This document shows, in pieces, positions 28,361 to 38,177 of a stretch of DNA of 64,000 nucleotides. The position numbers were made by a program, and so were the translations under genes. Below the pieces are notes generated by a model. It was not told the origin of the DNA and searched no databases. It worked only from the letters and a program-made list of their open reading frames with translations. Source of the DNA: Pirellulales bacterium (GTDB taxonomy: Bacteria; Planctomycetota; Planctomycetia; Pirellulales; PALSA-1355); NCBI GenBank assembly GCA_050250435.1, contig JBFWOR010000005.1:50401-114400 (forward strand). The letters run 5' to 3'. The number at the start of each line of letters is the position of its first letter. Within the stretch, counting starts at the first letter, position 1.

Positions 28361-30867
28361 TGGACCCCGTCTCCACGCTACCCTTGTTGTTGGCGATCGC
28401 CTGGCTGCTGCCGCTGGCGTCGTTTGTGATCATCGTGTTCTGCGGACCACGATTGGGCCATGCCGGCTCCAAGGCCGGTTATGTCGCCACCGGCGCCATT
28501 CTCAGCTCCTGCGTCATTTCGCTGTTTGCGATGTTCTTTGTGTGGCTGCCGAACTACAAGCTCGCCGGCCCGGTGCATCACGAGCCGGCGGCTCATGGCG
28601 GCCACGCCACAACAACAGACGGCGGCCACGCCGCAGCAACGGCCGGCGGCCACGGCACGGACGCTGCGCACGGCACGGGCGCTGCGCATGCCGAACCGGC
28701 GGCCGCCGACGCGCATGCGGCGCCTTCGCACGCTGGTGGAAGCCATGAGGCGAAAGCCGTCCACCCGATCGCCGGCGATTGGTATACGCTCGGCAAGTTC
28801 GGCAAGCTCAAGATCACCATCGGGTACTACATCGATTCGCTGACCGTGCTGATGTTCTGCATGGTCACGTTCATTGCCACCAGCATCCACTTTTATGCCT
28901 ACGGTTACATGCACGATGAGCTGCACGACGTGACCGATCACGAAGTGCGGCTGGCGAACGGGCAGCATTTGCACCGCCGCGGCCGTTTCCATCGCTTTTT
29001 CCAGTACCTGTCGCTGTTTTGCTTCAGCATGCTGGGAATCGTGATTGCCGGCAACGTCGCGATGGTATTCGTGTTCTGGGAGCTGGTCGGCATTTGCTCG
29101 TACTTCCTGATCGGTTTCTATATCGAACGCAAGAGCGCATCGAATGCCGCGAACAAGGCGTTCATCGTTAATCGCGTGGGCGACTTCGGCATGATCATCG
29201 GCATGATGGTGCTGTTCGGCACGCTGGGAACGTTCGCCTTTGGCGACGTCGACGGCGAGCCGGGCCTGTTCAGCATCGTGCGGCCGGCGCCCGCGCATCA
29301 GATCGTGGTGCCGGACGGCATGATCAAGGCCGCGGCGTTCAGCGAGATTTCCGACGGCGCGGCGCCCACGGCCGAGCAAATTCAAAAGTGGCGCGCCGAC
29401 ACCAGTCCTGGCACGCCGGGCCATCGGGCCTATTGGCTGTTGATCGTGGCCGGCTTGGGCATCTTTTGCGGCTGCGTGGGCAAGAGTGCGCAGTTTCCCT
29501 TGCACGTGTGGTTGCCCGACGCGATGGAAGGCCCCACGCCGGTCAGCGCACTGGTGCACTCGGCGACGATGGTGGCCGCCGGCGTGTACCTGGTGGGCCG
29601 TTTCTTTCCGGTGTTCGTGCCGGAAGTGCTGCTCACGATCGCGATCATCGGCTGCATCACGTTGTTCATCGCGGCGACGATCGCCATCACGGCCACGGAT
29701 ATCAAGCGCGTGCTGGCCTATTCCACGGTCAGCCAGCTGGGTTACATGATGCTGGCCTTGGGAGTGGGCGGCTGGGTGGCCGGCATGTTCCACCTGATCA
29801 CGCACGCGTTTTTCAAGAGCCTGTTGTTCATGTGTTCCGGCTCCGTGATTCACGCCACGCACACGAACGACATGACGAAGATGGGCGGCCTGCGAAAGAA
29901 GATGCCGTGGACGGCCTACACGATGCTGGTCGGGTGCCTGGCGATCATGGGCGCCGGCGTGCCGTTTTCGCTGGGCTTGTCAGGCCATTACTCCAAAGAT
30001 TCGATCCTGGCGCAGGCATTGTCGTTTAAGGCCGCCAACCCGATGTACGGTTGGCTGTTCTTCGTCGCTGCCGGCGGCGCTGCGATCACGGCGTTTTACA
30101 TGTTCCGGCTGTGGTTCATGACGTTTGCCGGCCAGCCGCGCGATCATCACGTGTACGATCACGCGCACGAGTCGCCGCGCGTGATGTACGTGCCGCTGGT
30201 CGTGTTGGCCGTATTTGCCATCGGCGTCGGCTGGAGCACGAACACGTTCTATTTGGATCGGCTGTTGGGCAATTTTGGCGTGGAGCCGTTATTGGAGCAG
30301 GCCCGGCCCGCCGGCACGCTGACTGCGGCGCACGGCGTGCTGATGGAGCGGCTGGTGCACCCGAACGAACACGAATCGCACATCGACACGTTTCATACGC
30401 AGGCCGAGCTGGTGGCTCTGGCCACGGGTCTGACCGGGTTGTTGCTGGCCGTGGTGTTTTACGGCCTGCGGATCTTGAATCCCAATGAGGTAAAGGCGCA
30501 GTTCCGGCCGATCTATGAATTTTTGATTCACAAGTGGTATTTCGACGAGCTGTACAACGTGATCTTTGTGCAGCCCACGCTATTTGTGGCGCGGCGGGTA
30601 TCGGAGTTTGACAAGGTGGTGATCGACGGCTTTATCAACGGTCTCGCCGTCTGGACGCGGGCGGTGGCCGTGGGAGACGATCTGTTCGATCGCTACGTCG
30701 TCGACGGCCTCATCAACTCGGCGTCGAACTGGATCTACGGCATCGGCATCTGGTTCCGCGGCGCGGAAACCGGACGGATTCGACAATACGTGTTGTTTAT
30801 CGTCATCGGCACCGTCACGCTGTTCGTGCTGATCAGCTTTTACTTGAACACGACCCTCGCGGGCTAG
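28360..30867 (+). CDS. nuoL: NADH-quinone oxidoreductase subunit L (with His-rich insertions)
   Basis: FWELVGICSYFLIGF, NRVGD, GKSAQFPLHVWLPDAMEGPTPVSALVH, DIKRVLAYSTVSQLG, HAFFKS, KWYFDELY, TGRIRQY. Confidence 0.97.
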   Translation: MDPVSTLPLLLAIAWLLPLASFVIIVFCGPRLGHAGSKAGYVATGAILSSCVISLFAMFFVWLPNYKLAGPVHHEPAAHGGHATTTDGGHAAATAGGHGTDAAHGTGAAHAEPAAADAHAAPSHAGGSHEAKAVHPIAGDWYTLGKFGKLKITIGYYIDSLTVLMFCMVTFIATSIHFYAYGYMHDELHDVTDHEVRLANGQHLHRRGRFHRFFQYLSLFCFSMLGIVIAGNVAMVFVFWELVGICSYFLIGFYIERKSASNAANKAFIVNRVGDFGMIIGMMVLFGTLGTFAFGDVDGEPGLFSIVRPAPAHQIVVPDGMIKAAAFSEISDGAAPTAEQIQKWRADTSPGTPGHRAYWLLIVAGLGIFCGCVGKSAQFPLHVWLPDAMEGPTPVSALVHSATMVAAGVYLVGRFFPVFVPEVLLTIAIIGCITLFIAATIAITATDIKRVLAYSTVSQLGYMMLALGVGGWVAGMFHLITHAFFKSLLFMCSGSVIHATHTNDMTKMGGLRKKMPWTAYTMLVGCLAIMGAGVPFSLGLSGHYSKDSILAQALSFKAANPMYGWLFFVAAGGAAITAFYMFRLWFMTFAGQPRDHHVYDHAHESPRVMYVPLVVLAVFAIGVGWSTNTFYLDRLLGNFGVEPLLEQARPAGTLTAAHGVLMERLVHPNEHESHIDTFHTQAELVALATGLTGLLLAVVFYGLRILNPNEVKAQFRPIYEFLIHKWYFDELYNVIFVQPTLFVARRVSEFDKVVIDGFINGLAVWTRAVAVGDDLFDRYVVDGLINSASNWIYGIGIWFRGAETGRIRQYVLFIVIGTVTLFVLISFYLNTTLAG

Positions 30868-30933
30868 CGCGCAACGACCGACGCCCGCGCGGTCGCAGCG
30901 CAGTGGCGGGAACGAGTCACGGGAAAAACGACC

Positions 30934-32751
30934 ATGGAATCGACCTACGTAACGCTGTTGAGCCTGATTGTGTTTTTGCCGGCGGCCGGTGCCTTGGTGC
31001 TGGCGTTTTTCCCGCGCAACAGCGGCGACGCGATGAAGACCTTCTCGCTGGCGGTGACGGCGGCGGTCTTTGGGCTGACGGTGATCATGGCTTTGCCGGG
31101 GCAGGGCGCTCTGAATTTCCAGACCGCGCAGAGCGACATGCAGAAGGTGTTTTCAATTCCCTGGATCGGCAGCTTCAACATCTATTACTTCATGGGCATG
31201 GACGGCATCAGCTTTCCGCTGATCCTGCTGACGACGTTCGTGACCATGCTGTCGATGGCCGCCAGTTGGCCCATCCAGAAATACATCCGCGCCTATTGCA
31301 TCCTGTTTCTGCTGCTGGAAACCGGCATGCTGGGCGTGTTTCTGGCGCTCGATTTCTTCCTGTTCTACGTGTTCTGGGAAGTGATGCTGCTGCCGATGTA
31401 CTTTCTGATCGGCGTGTGGGGTGGCCCGCGGCGCGAGTATGCCGCCATCAAGTTCTTTCTCTACACGCTGTTGGGGAGCGTGTTCATGCTGATCGCCATT
31501 CTGATGCTTTATTTCGCCAGCGATCTGAAGCTGCTCTCGGACGAGCAACTGATCGCGGCGAGCGTGGTCAGCGCCGATGCGACGGCCGACGAGCAGGCCC
31601 AGCAACTGACCGAGCTGGTGCGCTCCCAGCCGGGACCGGTGCACACGTTCAACATCCTGGCGCTGCAAGCGTTGGGACAGCACACCGACGCGTTCGACGG
31701 TGAAATTCTGTGGGGCCGGAGCCTGCAATGGTGGGCCTTCCTGCTGCTCTTGATCGGCTTCATCATCAAGGTGCCCTCGGTGCCGCTACACACCTGGCTG
31801 CCCGATGCGCACGTCGAAGCGCCCACGCCCATCTCCATGATCCTGGCCGGCGTGCTGTTGAAGATGGGCGGCTACGGCATCATCCGCATTTGCTATCCGA
31901 TCTGTCCCGACGCCGGCTACGACCTGGCGTACTTTGTGTGCGCGTTGGGCGTGGTGAGCATGGTGTACGGCGCGTTTGCGGCCCTGGCTCAGAAGGATTT
32001 CAAGCGGCTGGTGGCCTATAGCTCGGTGAGCCACATGGGCTACGTGGTGCTGGGCATTGGCGTGTGGACGGCGCTGGCGGGCAACGAGTTCAACCCCGAC
32101 GCCTGGAAGCTCGGCATGAACGGTGCCATGTTCCAGATGATCGCTCACGGCATCAGCTCGCCTGGCATGTTCTTTCTGGTGGGCGTTATTTACGACCGCG
32201 TGCATCACCGCAACCTCGACCAATTCGGCGGGTTGTTCGCGCGGATGCCGCTTTACGCGGGGCTGTCGATCGGCATCTTCTTCGCCGGCTTGGGGCTGCC
32301 AGGGCTGTGCGGATTCATTGGCGAAGTGTTCGTGACGCTGTCCGTGTGGAATTTCAGCCACGCCTTGGCCGTGATTTCGGCCTCGGTGGTGATCATTACC
32401 GCGGCGTACATCCTGTGGACGATTCAGCGCGTGTACCTGGGGCCGGAATACAAGGGTCCGCACGGCGACCATTTGACGCCCATGACGCCGCGCGAAGTAT
32501 TGATCGCGGCGCCGCTGTTGGCGTTGGCCATTGTGTTCGGCGTTTATCCGCAGGCGATCTTTAACTACATGACCCCCAGCGTCGACCGCACGGTGGACGA
32601 CCTGGCCACGTGGACCAAGGACGTCAAGGCGCCGCGGCTGGAAGCCAAGGCAACCGCGACGGCCGCCGTGCCTGCCCCCGAAGCGACAGCGCAGAACGAG
32701 ACGGGTGCGATTGAGCCGGCCCGCCTGCAGCCAATCGCGGCCCAACCCTAG
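30934..32751 (+). CDS. nuoM: NADH-quinone oxidoreductase subunit M
   Basis: DGIS, FYVFWEVMLLPMYFLIGVWGG, KVPSVPLHTWLPDAHVEAPT, LLKMGGYG, GLPGLCGFIGE. Confidence 0.97.
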   Translation: MESTYVTLLSLIVFLPAAGALVLAFFPRNSGDAMKTFSLAVTAAVFGLTVIMALPGQGALNFQTAQSDMQKVFSIPWIGSFNIYYFMGMDGISFPLILLTTFVTMLSMAASWPIQKYIRAYCILFLLLETGMLGVFLALDFFLFYVFWEVMLLPMYFLIGVWGGPRREYAAIKFFLYTLLGSVFMLIAILMLYFASDLKLLSDEQLIAASVVSADATADEQAQQLTELVRSQPGPVHTFNILALQALGQHTDAFDGEILWGRSLQWWAFLLLLIGFIIKVPSVPLHTWLPDAHVEAPTPISMILAGVLLKMGGYGIIRICYPICPDAGYDLAYFVCALGVVSMVYGAFAALAQKDFKRLVAYSSVSHMGYVVLGIGVWTALAGNEFNPDAWKLGMNGAMFQMIAHGISSPGMFFLVGVIYDRVHHRNLDQFGGLFARMPLYAGLSIGIFFAGLGLPGLCGFIGEVFVTLSVWNFSHALAVISASVVIITAAYILWTIQRVYLGPEYKGPHGDHLTPMTPREVLIAAPLLALAIVFGVYPQAIFNYMTPSVDRTVDDLATWTKDVKAPRLEAKATATAAVPAPEATAQNETGAIEPARLQPIAAQP

Positions 32752-32756
32752 ACAAG

Positions 32757-34496
32757 TTGCATCCCGTGCCCACGAAACTATCACTTTTCGATCTCGTGCA
32801 CTCGCTGGTCAGCGATACGCTTGCGAGCACCGCCGGCTTTCAGGGCGAGCTCGCGCTGTGCGTCACGATTGTGCTGATTCTGGTGCTGCAGATTCCGCGG
32901 TTCACCAGCCGCATCGACGCATTCTGGCTGACACTCGCGGGCTCAGCGGTGGCCCTTTATCTGGCCGGTCCGTGGCACAAAGTAGAGCAACCCTCCGAGC
33001 TGTTTACGGGCCTGTTGGTGTACGATTCGTTCACGGTTTATTTCCGCACGCTGCTGTTTTTCTTCGCCGTGCTGTTTACGATCTTCACGCGTATTTCCGG
33101 CATTCCCGATCGCGATGCCGCGCCCGACGTATATTCGCTCGTGCTGGGCGCCACACTGGGCATGTGCATCATGGCCTCGGCCAATCACATGCTGATGGTG
33201 TTCCTGGGCGTGGAGATGGCCAGCGTGCCCTCGTATGCCTTGGCCGGCATTCTGAAGGGTCGCCGCGCCAGCAGCGAGGCCGCGCTCAAATACGCGGTGT
33301 ACGGCGCCGGCACGGCCGGCATCATGTTGTACGGCATCAGCCTGCTGGCCGGTGTGCTGGGCAGCGTGCACATTCCGACGATGGCCGTGCGCCTGGCCGA
33401 GCTGCTGCAGCCGGCCAATCTCGAGCAAGGCATTGGCGCCGACACGCACATGGTGCTGGCCTTGGGCGCGCTGATGTTGATGGTTGGGCTGGCGTTCAAG
33501 CTGTCGGCCGTGCCGTTCCACTTCTGGTGCCCCGACGTGTTCGAGGGCGCAACGGCCGAAGTGAACGCGTTTTTGTCGGTGGCCTCGAAAGCGGCGGCGC
33601 TGGCGCTGTTGGTGCGGGTTGCCGTGGGCTTTGCGTACATTCCAGAGCGTGCCGTGCCCGAGCCGCAAGTGGCCATGTTCAATGTCAACGAAGACGCAGC
33701 CGCGCAACCGGCGGCAGCGCACGCACCCGCGGTACAGGAAAACGGCGAGACGAAGGAAGCATCCCGGGCGGCTGTCGGCGCCACGATGGACCGCAAAGAT
33801 CAAAACGCGGCGCTCGCTCCGGCCCGCGAGTTCATGTGGCGCATGCTGGCATTCGTGGCGATTATCACCTGCACTTTTGGCAATTTGGCGGCGTATGGCC
33901 AGACAAACATCAAGCGCCTGCTGGCCTATTCGACGATCGCGCAGGCGGGCTACATGATCATGCCGGTGCCGGCGGCGATGATCTTGGCCGGGCAGGATCC
34001 CGAGGCGGCCCGCTCCGCCCTGGCGTCGTTGGCGTTTTATGCCGGGGTGTACTTGTTCATGAACCTGGGCGCGTTTGCAATCGTGGCCATCCTGCGCAAT
34101 CAGTTGCATAGCGAAGAGATTGCGGACTACGCGGGGCTCATCCGCCGCGCCCCCGTCACCGTGATCTGCTTTGCCATCGTGCTGGTCAGCCTCATCGGCT
34201 TGCCGCCCCTGGCCGGATTCGCGGGCAAGCTATTGATTTTTTATTCGCTCGTGCAGGCCAAGCTGTGGACCGTGCTGATCGTCGCCGGCTTGAACACGGC
34301 GATCAGCCTGTATTACTATTTGCGGGTCGTGAAGATCATGACGATGGATCCCGAGCCGGAGCAGGTCCGCCCGGCCGAGATTGCGTTCATACCGGGCACG
34401 TACATCGTGGCCATCACGGTTCCGGTGGTATTGTTGGGGATCGCCTGGGACCAATTGAACGCATGGACGCTGGCCGCCTCCGCGCAGCTTTTCTAG
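32757..34496 (+). CDS. nuoN: NADH-quinone oxidoreductase subunit N
   Basis: SEAALKY, FKLSAVPFHFWCPDVFEGA, NIKRLLAYSTIA, SLIGLPPLAGFAGK, YYYLRVV. Start is 32757 or 32766. Confidence 0.96.
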   Translation: MHPVPTKLSLFDLVHSLVSDTLASTAGFQGELALCVTIVLILVLQIPRFTSRIDAFWLTLAGSAVALYLAGPWHKVEQPSELFTGLLVYDSFTVYFRTLLFFFAVLFTIFTRISGIPDRDAAPDVYSLVLGATLGMCIMASANHMLMVFLGVEMASVPSYALAGILKGRRASSEAALKYAVYGAGTAGIMLYGISLLAGVLGSVHIPTMAVRLAELLQPANLEQGIGADTHMVLALGALMLMVGLAFKLSAVPFHFWCPDVFEGATAEVNAFLSVASKAAALALLVRVAVGFAYIPERAVPEPQVAMFNVNEDAAAQPAAAHAPAVQENGETKEASRAAVGATMDRKDQNAALAPAREFMWRMLAFVAIITCTFGNLAAYGQTNIKRLLAYSTIAQAGYMIMPVPAAMILAGQDPEAARSALASLAFYAGVYLFMNLGAFAIVAILRNQLHSEEIADYAGLIRRAPVTVICFAIVLVSLIGLPPLAGFAGKLLIFYSLVQAKLWTVLIVAGLNTAISLYYYLRVVKIMTMDPEPEQVRPAEIAFIPGTYIVAITVPVVLLGIAWDQLNAWTLAASAQLF

Positions 34497-34523
34497 GTCT
34501 CCCCGCACAGACAGTCTCGCCGC

Positions 34524-34976
34524 ATGAACCAACGCCAGACATACAACGCGCTCAACCGGCTGCTGACGATCCTCGAGCGTTCGCTGTCGATGTATTTGAG
34601 CTACGCCTCGCCGTGGCTACAGACGGGCGACGAAAAGGCTGTGACCGCGCTGTCCCACATTGTCGACGAGCAGAAGCGGTTGGCCGCGCGGGTGGCGGAG
34701 CTGGTGCTGGAGCGTGGCCCGATGGACCTGGGCGAATATCCGCACGAGTTCTACGACCTGCACGACCTCTCGCTCGACTTCCTGTTGAACAAGCTGGTCG
34801 AGTACCAGAAGCGCGACGTTGCGGCGTTGGAAAAATCGGTCGAAGAATTGCAGTCGGATCGGGCGGCGGCATCCGTCGCCGAAGAAGCGCTGGGCGCGGC
34901 CCGGGGCCATCTGGAGACCCTGGAAGAGCTGGCGGCCGAACTGGGCAATTCGTCGTCCCGGTGGCTGGTGTCGTAG
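34524..34976 (+). CDS. Hypothetical protein, possible ferritin-like four-helix bundle
   Basis: 150 aa, amphipathic helices with GEYP..FYDLHDLSL loop and terminal GHLETL. Lies 27 nt after nuoN. Confidence 0.65.
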   Translation: MNQRQTYNALNRLLTILERSLSMYLSYASPWLQTGDEKAVTALSHIVDEQKRLAARVAELVLERGPMDLGEYPHEFYDLHDLSLDFLLNKLVEYQKRDVAALEKSVEELQSDRAAASVAEEALGAARGHLETLEELAAELGNSSSRWLVS

Positions 34977-35058
34977 GGCAATAGGCCAGCGCACGGGTGT
35001 TTCTGCGTACCACCAGTGGCACACTCATGGTGCAGCCAATCCACCTTGCTGCCGCGGC

Positions 35059-35832
35059 ATGCTGCTCGTCGACACCCACGCTCACTTGGATCAGGAGGAG
35101 TTCAACGCGGACCGCGCTGCGGTGATCGATCGCGCGCGTGCGGCGGGCGTGGAGTCGATCGTGGCGATCGGCGTTACGGCCGCATCGAGCGCCGCAGTCG
35201 TCGAGCTGGCGGCCCAATATGCGGGCGTGTATGCGGCCATCGGCATTCAGCCGAACTATACCGCCCAAGCCGAGCCGGGCGACTGGCAGCGCGTGCTGGC
35301 GCTGGTTGATCGGCCCCAGGTTGTGGCGCTGGGCGAGACCGGGCTCGACCGCCATTGGGATTACTCCCCCTTCGACGTACAGCAAGACTATTTCGACCGC
35401 CATCTGCGACTTTCGCAAGCACGCAACCTGCCCTTCATCGTGCACACGCGCGAGAGCGATGCCGACGTGCTGGCCATGCTGCGCGAGGCCCGCGAGCGCG
35501 GGCCGCTACGGGGTGTGATGCACTCGTTCACTGGCACGGCCGAGACCGCGGCCGAGTGCGTGGCGCTGGGACTCTGCATCAGCTTTGCGGGCATGGTGAC
35601 CTTCAAAAAGTCGGCCGCGCTGCGGGCCGTGGCGGCCACCATTCCGCCTGAGCGCATTCTGGTGGAGACCGACAGCCCGTACTTATCGCCACACCCGCTG
35701 CGCGGCCGGCGGAACGAGCCGGCGAACGTGGTGCACACGGCTGCTTGCCTGGCGGAGGCGCGCGGGGTTTCCCTCGACGTGTTCGCAGCGCAAACGACGG
35801 CCAACGCGCGGGAGCTATTCAAGCTCGCCTGA
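35059..35832 (+). CDS. tatD: TatD family hydrolase
   Basis: DTHAH, ALGETGLD, IVHTRES, GVMHSF, LVETDSPYL, RNEP. Confidence 0.96.
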   Translation: MLLVDTHAHLDQEEFNADRAAVIDRARAAGVESIVAIGVTAASSAAVVELAAQYAGVYAAIGIQPNYTAQAEPGDWQRVLALVDRPQVVALGETGLDRHWDYSPFDVQQDYFDRHLRLSQARNLPFIVHTRESDADVLAMLREARERGPLRGVMHSFTGTAETAAECVALGLCISFAGMVTFKKSAALRAVAATIPPERILVETDSPYLSPHPLRGRRNEPANVVHTAACLAEARGVSLDVFAAQTTANARELFKLA

Positions 35833-36390
35833 GTCGAGTTTGGCAATTCGGTCGCCGACGCGAATCGCTCCCGGCGTGATGACTTTGGCATTCAGCCCGC
35901 GCAGCCGCAGCTGTTTGCCTTCCACCGAGTTCACGAACTTGACCGCTTCTTTGCCGTAGCGCAGAGCGAATGATTTGCAACCGGTGTGAGACTCCGCGGT
36001 GACTTGCACGACCGCGCTACCGATTGCCAGGCGCGTACCCGGCGGGAGATGCTCAACGCTCAGGTCGAAATCCGCGTACATCTGGTCGCCGGCCAGTGCC
36101 CACCGCTGCCGGCTGCCGGCCAGCAACTCGGCGGCGCGACTGTTCATGATCGTCAGTTGCATCTCCGGATGGGCCGAGCCATCGTCGGTCATGCGGCTGC
36201 CCCGGGCGAGCCAATTGTCGCCGAGGAGCCCCTTGCGCAGGTCCAGCTGTCCCTCGTCGACGAGTTCGCGCTGGCCCTCTGCCGGGCGGCGCACGATCAG
36301 CTGCAAGGTTCCACCGCAGCGCGGTGACTGTCGAATGACCTCCAGTCCGGCGGCCAGCGTTTGTGCGTCGCGAAAAAGCTCCGTCGCCAC
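35815..36390 (-). CDS. MOSC domain-containing protein
   Basis: IVRRP..GQRE, GLLGDNW, LAGDQ, LPPGTRLAIG, HTGCKSF..RYG, LRGLNAKV..PG.IRVGD. GTG start approximate. Confidence 0.85.
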   Translation of the reverse strand: MATELFRDAQTLAAGLEVIRQSPRCGGTLQLIVRRPAEGQRELVDEGQLDLRKGLLGDNWLARGSRMTDDGSAHPEMQLTIMNSRAAELLAGSRQRWALAGDQMYADFDLSVEHLPPGTRLAIGSAVVQVTAESHTGCKSFALRYGKEAVKFVNSVEGKQLRLRGLNAKVITPGAIRVGDRIAKLDSGELE

Positions 36391-36614
36391 CGGAATCCAC
36401 CCTCGTGCGTGCGCCATCTTGTGCGGCCAGATTTTATCAATACGGACGCACCAGCACATCCGAACGTTCGCGACAAACTGCCGCATTTCGGCGGCATTCG
36501 GCGGATACTTGACACCCGCGGCCGGCCTGCGGGACAATTGGCGGTCGGTCGAACGGAGAATCGCGTCGGCCTTCGCTTGAGTGGACTCTTTTCCCCTGTT
36601 TCGCCAGGCCCCGC

Positions 36615-37310
36615 ATGGTTGCGACTGCCGACGCCAAACGCCATGCCGCGAGGATCGTTCGGCGGCTGAAGGCGGCGTATCCCGACGCTCATTGTGCGCT
36701 CAATTTCCGTACGCCGCTCGAGCTGCTCATCGCCACGATTCTCTCCGCCCAGTGCACCGATACGCGGGTGAACATCGTCACCAAAGACCTGTTCCGCAAG
36801 TATCCCGATGCGCGGGCCTATGCCCACGCTCGACCCGCCGAGCTCGAAAAGCTCATTCAGAGCACCGGCTTCTTTCGCAACAAGGCCAAGAGCATTTTGG
36901 GCTGTTGCCAGAAGCTGGCCGAAGAACACGACGGCCAAGTGCCGCGCGCGCTGGATTCGCTCGTCGAGTTGCCGGGCGTGGGGCGCAAGACGGCCAACGT
37001 GGTGCTGGGCACGGCATTTGGCATTCCAACCGGGGTGGTCGTCGATACGCACGTGGCCCGGCTCAGCAAGCGTCTGGGGCTGACGCAGCATACGGACCCG
37101 GTAAAGATCGAGCGTGAGCTGATGGCCGTGCTGCCGAAGCGCGAGTGGATCGACTTTGCGCATCGGATGATTGCCCACGGGCGACAGATTTGCCTGGCCC
37201 GCAAACCAAAGTGCGACGTTTGTCCACTGTCCGACGTGTGTCCCCAGATCGGCGTGGCGCCCGTTGCAGCGCCCCGCCGCCGAGTCGCGAATCAACCAAC
37301 CGCCAGGTGA
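36615..37310 (+). CDS. nth: Endonuclease III
   Basis: ELLIATILSAQCTD, HhH LPGVGRKTAN, VVDTHV, 4Fe-4S CLARKPKCDVCPLSDVC. Confidence 0.97.
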   Translation: MVATADAKRHAARIVRRLKAAYPDAHCALNFRTPLELLIATILSAQCTDTRVNIVTKDLFRKYPDARAYAHARPAELEKLIQSTGFFRNKAKSILGCCQKLAEEHDGQVPRALDSLVELPGVGRKTANVVLGTAFGIPTGVVVDTHVARLSKRLGLTQHTDPVKIERELMAVLPKREWIDFAHRMIAHGRQICLARKPKCDVCPLSDVCPQIGVAPVAAPRRRVANQPTAR

Positions 37311-37313
37311 CGT

Positions 37314-37892
37314 ATGATTCTCTCCGGCCATCAGATTCGCCAGCACCTGGGCTCGAACATCATCATCGACCCGTTCGATGACGACCGGCTGAATCCCAAC
37401 AGTTACAACCTCACGCTGCACGACGAAGTGATGGTGTACGAAGAGGTCGTGCTCGACATGGCCAAGGCCAACCGGGTGCGCCGGATCACCATTCCCCCGG
37501 AAGGACTCATCTTGGGGCCGAACCAGCTCTATCTGGGCCGCACCGTGGAGCGCACCGAGACACACAACTTCGTGCCCATGATCGAAGGGCGCTCGTCGGT
37601 GGGCCGGCTGGGACTGTTCGTCCACGTGACGGCCGGGTTTGGCGACGTGGGCTTCTGCGGCTACTGGACGCTCGAGATGTTCGCCGTGCAGCCGGTGCGC
37701 ATCTACGCCGGCGTGCCAATCTGCCAGATCTTCTATCACGAGATCGCCGGGCCCATCACGGAATACTCCAGCGAAAAGTACCAGCACAACCGAGACATCC
37801 AACCGAGCCTGCTCTTCAAAGAGCTCAATCCCGACGCTGAGAAGGACCCGCAGCTGCAGCTCAATTTTGGCATGGAGCGGTCGCACAGGTAG
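37314..37892 (+). CDS. dcd: dCTP deaminase
   Basis: MILS, NPNSYNLTL, EGRSSVGRLGL, TAGFGDVGF.GYWTLE. Confidence 0.95.
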   Translation: MILSGHQIRQHLGSNIIIDPFDDDRLNPNSYNLTLHDEVMVYEEVVLDMAKANRVRRITIPPEGLILGPNQLYLGRTVERTETHNFVPMIEGRSSVGRLGLFVHVTAGFGDVGFCGYWTLEMFAVQPVRIYAGVPICQIFYHEIAGPITEYSSEKYQHNRDIQPSLLFKELNPDAEKDPQLQLNFGMERSHR

Positions 37893-38177
37893 GGGTCGGG
37901 AATCAAGGGGCAGCAGCGAGCGGACAGAACGTTCTGCGGGGGCCAGATTGCCCAACCGGCACGGTCGCTCGCAGGTCTCGGTGACCGTTGTTGGGGCCGC
38001 GGTTTGGCGGACGGTAGACGCGGGCCGGGCGGCAAGTTATACACGTGTGTGTGTTTCCCTGAGGAGGCTCTACCGCGGCAGGAAGCCGCGCGGTGAGCCT
38101 CAGCCCTTGTTGGCGCGCGAGGGAGATCAGGCGACGGATGCCCCCGATGTCGATCCATCGTCCACGAGGCGTCCGTC

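Noticed and set aside
35815-35832. 18-nt overlap of tatD and MOSC 3' ends
   Set aside because: Short convergent overlaps are common and imply no special mechanism.
36297-37955. 552-aa minus-strand ORF and similar long antisense ORFs (13236-14801, 28378-29862, 56451-57686)
   Set aside because: Mirror frames of nth/dcd, DUF58, nuoL and ALDH with no motifs of their own.
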